Source: a virus (taxonomy: Duplodnaviria > Caudoviricetes). From it: 64,000 nucleotides of DNA. The notes beneath the pieces were generated by a model. It ran no database searches. It saw only the letters and a list, made by a program, of their open reading frames with translations, and had not been told where the DNA came from. Position numbers and translations under genes: made by a program. Of this stretch, positions 61,768 through 64,000 are shown piece after piece. Position 1 is the first letter of the stretch. Every line of letters starts with the position of its first letter. The stretch is taken from IMG/VR virus record IMGVR_UViG_2895442618_000001, positions 26,636 through 90,635 of that record. The stretch is one strand, 5' to 3'.

Positions 61768-62003
61768 GCAGACTCCCGGGGGGTCTTCACGGGCTGCGCC
61801 GACATGTCCTTGATCGCCTCAAGATCTTCCCGGGCGAATCGGAAGAGCCGGCCAACTCTGCGGTGCGGGATGAGACCCTGGCGGGCTCTGTACTTCAGCC
61901 AGTACGGCGTGAGTTGTACAAGCGCTGCGGCTTCCTCTGCCGTGTAGAGGATCTGTTCCTGCGCCTGCTCGGACGCGCTGGCGTCTTCGCTGGTGTCTTC
62001 CAT
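61764..62003 (-). CDS. Excisionase-like HTH protein, leaderless
   Basis: LYTAEEAAALV...IPHRRVGRLFRF; TTGCGA-N17-TAGGTT-N6-ATG promoter. Confidence 0.8.
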   Translation of the reverse strand: MEDTSEDASASEQAQEQILYTAEEAAALVQLTPYWLKYRARQGLIPHRRVGRLFRFAREDLEAIKDMSAQPVKTPRESA

Positions 62004-62009
62004 GACTTC

Positions 62010-62038
62010 AACCTAGCCACGCTCGCATGCGTTCGCAA
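62010..62038 (-). promoter_or_regulatory. Early leftward promoter
   Basis: -35 TTGCGA (62038-62033), 17-nt spacer, -10 TAGGTT (62015-62010). Confidence 0.6.
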
Positions 62039-62207
62039 GTTTTCGCATGTTTTGACTTGCGGATACATGCGAGTCAAGAGGGTGCAACACATGCTGTCGC
62101 GCGGCTCTGCATGCGAAGACTCGCCAATGCGCGCTGAAACCCGTAAAGTCATGTCTGACACGGGGACCCCTCACATCCGCCCCGGCGACAGTCAGGATGC
62201 AGTGGTC

Positions 62208-62669
62208 ATGAGCGACACCACGTACCCGCCGGAAGCATGGGCGAGGCTCGGCCTCAAAGCGCGCCAGAGACGCATCAGCCTCGGACTCAGCCAACCCGAG
62301 GTGAGCGCGGCCGGCGGCCCATCCACCGGAGTCATCAGCAAGATCGAAAACGCGAAGCAGACGACCTACGAAGACCGGGTGCTCGTCCAACTCGAACGCG
62401 CCCTCAAATGGCAGCCCGGCAGCGCGGCGAGAGTGCTCAGCGGTGGCGAACCGCGCCCCATCGATGAGCTTCGCGGGGAGACGCAGGGCGGCGCGGGAGA
62501 GTTGAGCGCCGCTGACGAGGAGCAGGATTCGCCGATCACGCCCCAGCTGCGTGCCCTGCTGGAGCAGGCGCAGCGGCGTACGGACGACCGGCTCGCCGAA
62601 CTGACGGAGAAGGTCGAGCGTTCGAACGAATTGATCAGGAAGCTTTTGGAGGAACAAAGGGGCGCCTGA
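62208..62669 (+). CDS. Immunity repressor-like XRE HTH protein (alternative start 62151)
   Basis: ARQRRISLGLSQPEVSAAGGPSTGVISKIEN...LERALKWQPGS. Confidence 0.8.
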   Translation: MSDTTYPPEAWARLGLKARQRRISLGLSQPEVSAAGGPSTGVISKIENAKQTTYEDRVLVQLERALKWQPGSAARVLSGGEPRPIDELRGETQGGAGELSAADEEQDSPITPQLRALLEQAQRRTDDRLAELTEKVERSNELIRKLLEEQRGA

Positions 62670-62891
62670 CCCGCCACCATAACCAGCCGTTATGTAACGG
62701 AATGATTACACAGCGTTATAAGGTCTGGCCAAATACGGCTAAAGGGCGTGCTATGTAAGCCCGACAGCGCAAAACAGGCGAGGGAACAGCGGAACTCTCC
62801 AGCAGCACAGGAGGCGTCCGGAGTGACATCCCGAAGCAACCCCTCACACGACAACAGCAATCCAGGAGGCCCCGACGACTCCCGCAACCGC

Positions 62892-63194
62892 ATGACCGAA
62901 AAAGCCGTGCGCTACTCCCGCACCACCCTCAAAGACCGCATCATCATGCGGGAAATCGTCCAAAACCTCGACCGCCACGACGCCGACACCGCGGGCACAC
63001 TCGCATCCCCGCCTGGACCGTTCCGGGCAGCGCTCCGCCGGCCGGTCGGCTCCAAACGCAAACCCGTCACCGTGACCATCGGCGGCCGTCCCGTCTCCCT
63101 TCTGCTCAACCCGCAAGGCCGCGTCGATGTGGAGCGGGAGCAGTGGCTGTGGGAGTACGTGCGTGACCTCGTCGAGGGAGGGAGGAGCGCATGA
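62892..63194 (+). CDS. Hypothetical protein (start uncertain)
   Basis: Stop overlaps ATG of the next gene; RBS GGAGG near its end serves 63191. Confidence 0.5.
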   Translation: MTEKAVRYSRTTLKDRIIMREIVQNLDRHDADTAGTLASPPGPFRAALRRPVGSKRKPVTVTIGGRPVSLLLNPQGRVDVEREQWLWEYVRDLVEGGRSA

Positions 63195-64000
63195 GCGAGA
63201 ACGTCCGCCCGCTCCCCTCCCGCAAGGACCTGCCGCCTGAGATCGCCGCGCTCGCGGTGCCGGCCGACGACCCCGACGAGCCGACAACCGTCATCCTCAA
63301 CTCCAACGAGGAAGACCTGGGAACGGTCTACCGAGAGCTCAGGCTCGGCATCTTCATCCCTGCCTTTCTTGGCTGGGCGGTTGAGCGGGCGTTACGGGCG
63401 ACACGCGACCACCAGGTAGCCAGTGCCGCCGTCTCTGCGGCGTTGGCGGCCAGCGTCGCTGTCACCGGCCTGCACGCCGTCCTGGACAACAACGACAGGC
63501 ATGCCGTGCTCCCCAGCCCGTCGCCGCTCATCGTCACCGTCGCCCCGCCGACGCCGACCATGACGCAGCCGCCGCCGACACCGGCACCTGAGCCGACGCG
63601 TGCCCGCACACCCGTCCGCCCCTCACCCATGAATCCGCTGCCCGCCCGGCTGCCGGAACCGTTGAGGGACACCCAGGCGGAGGAGAGGCCGCGGCCGAGA
63701 CGCCCCCGGCCCAAGTCGACCCCTCCCTCGCGGACGGTGGCCCGCCCGCCCACGACAGCCGCGCCTGCCATCTCCAAGACGGCCGAAGCCGTCGTCGAAG
63801 CGACCGACGAGGCCACCGTCGAAGCGGGGCGTGACACTGCCGACGAGCCGCGCGAGACGAGCCCACCCCCAGACGCGAGCCCACCGCCCTCCACCACGGA
63901 GCCGCCGGCGCCGACCCCCGACACTCCCACGACGGCGGGACGAGACTGTGTCATCGGCGTCGACCTGGACCCGCTGCTGAACGTTTGCGTGCGGCTCTAG
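63191..64000 (+). CDS. Membrane-anchored Pro/Thr-rich protein
   Basis: Hydrophobic segments near aa 50-95, long Pro-rich linker, C-terminal C-x11-C; stop at 64000. Confidence 0.7.
   Translation: MSENVRPLPSRKDLPPEIAALAVPADDPDEPTTVILNSNEEDLGTVYRELRLGIFIPAFLGWAVERALRATRDHQVASAAVSAALAASVAVTGLHAVLDNNDRHAVLPSPSPLIVTVAPPTPTMTQPPPTPAPEPTRARTPVRPSPMNPLPARLPEPLRDTQAEERPRPRRPRPKSTPPSRTVARPPTTAAPAISKTAEAVVEATDEATVEAGRDTADEPRETSPPPDASPPPSTTEPPAPTPDTPTTAGRDCVIGVDLDPLLNVCVRL

Noticed and set aside
61420-64000. Integrase and att site near the immunity region
   Set aside because: No tyrosine or serine recombinase motifs seen; probably outside the window.

Overview
The whole window is one large, GC-rich actinomycete siphovirus (phage or prophage), encoded almost entirely on the minus strand. 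Read from 64000 towards 1 it contains: an immunity region (plus-strand repressor and membrane protein, divergent excisionase-like HTH genes); a YqaJ exonuclease/RecT recombination module; a second Cro/repressor switch and antirepressor; two orphan DNA methyltransferases and a SF2 helicase; WhiB; a replication module (HTH initiator with internal iterons, DnaC-like loader, DnaB, primase zinc-binding domain); many small accessory genes (Nudix, HD hydrolase, RNase H-like, DUF397, DUF4326, HAD); a Ro60/TROVE gene preceded by three Y RNA-like genes; a TnpB with intact right end; a tail-fibre-like module placed upstream of the terminase; an IS630 element; HNH endonucleases; and the terminase-portal-capsid-tail cluster, ending inside the tape measure gene. 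No integrase, att site or lysis gene was recognised. The strongest unusual signals are the Ro60 plus triple Y RNA cassette with an RBS-sequestering hairpin, several divergent mini-repressor switches with their own palindromes, a tnpB lacking a recognisable left end, and GCAAY-loop hairpins in late-gene leaders. Family names come from motif recognition by eye; no database search was run.
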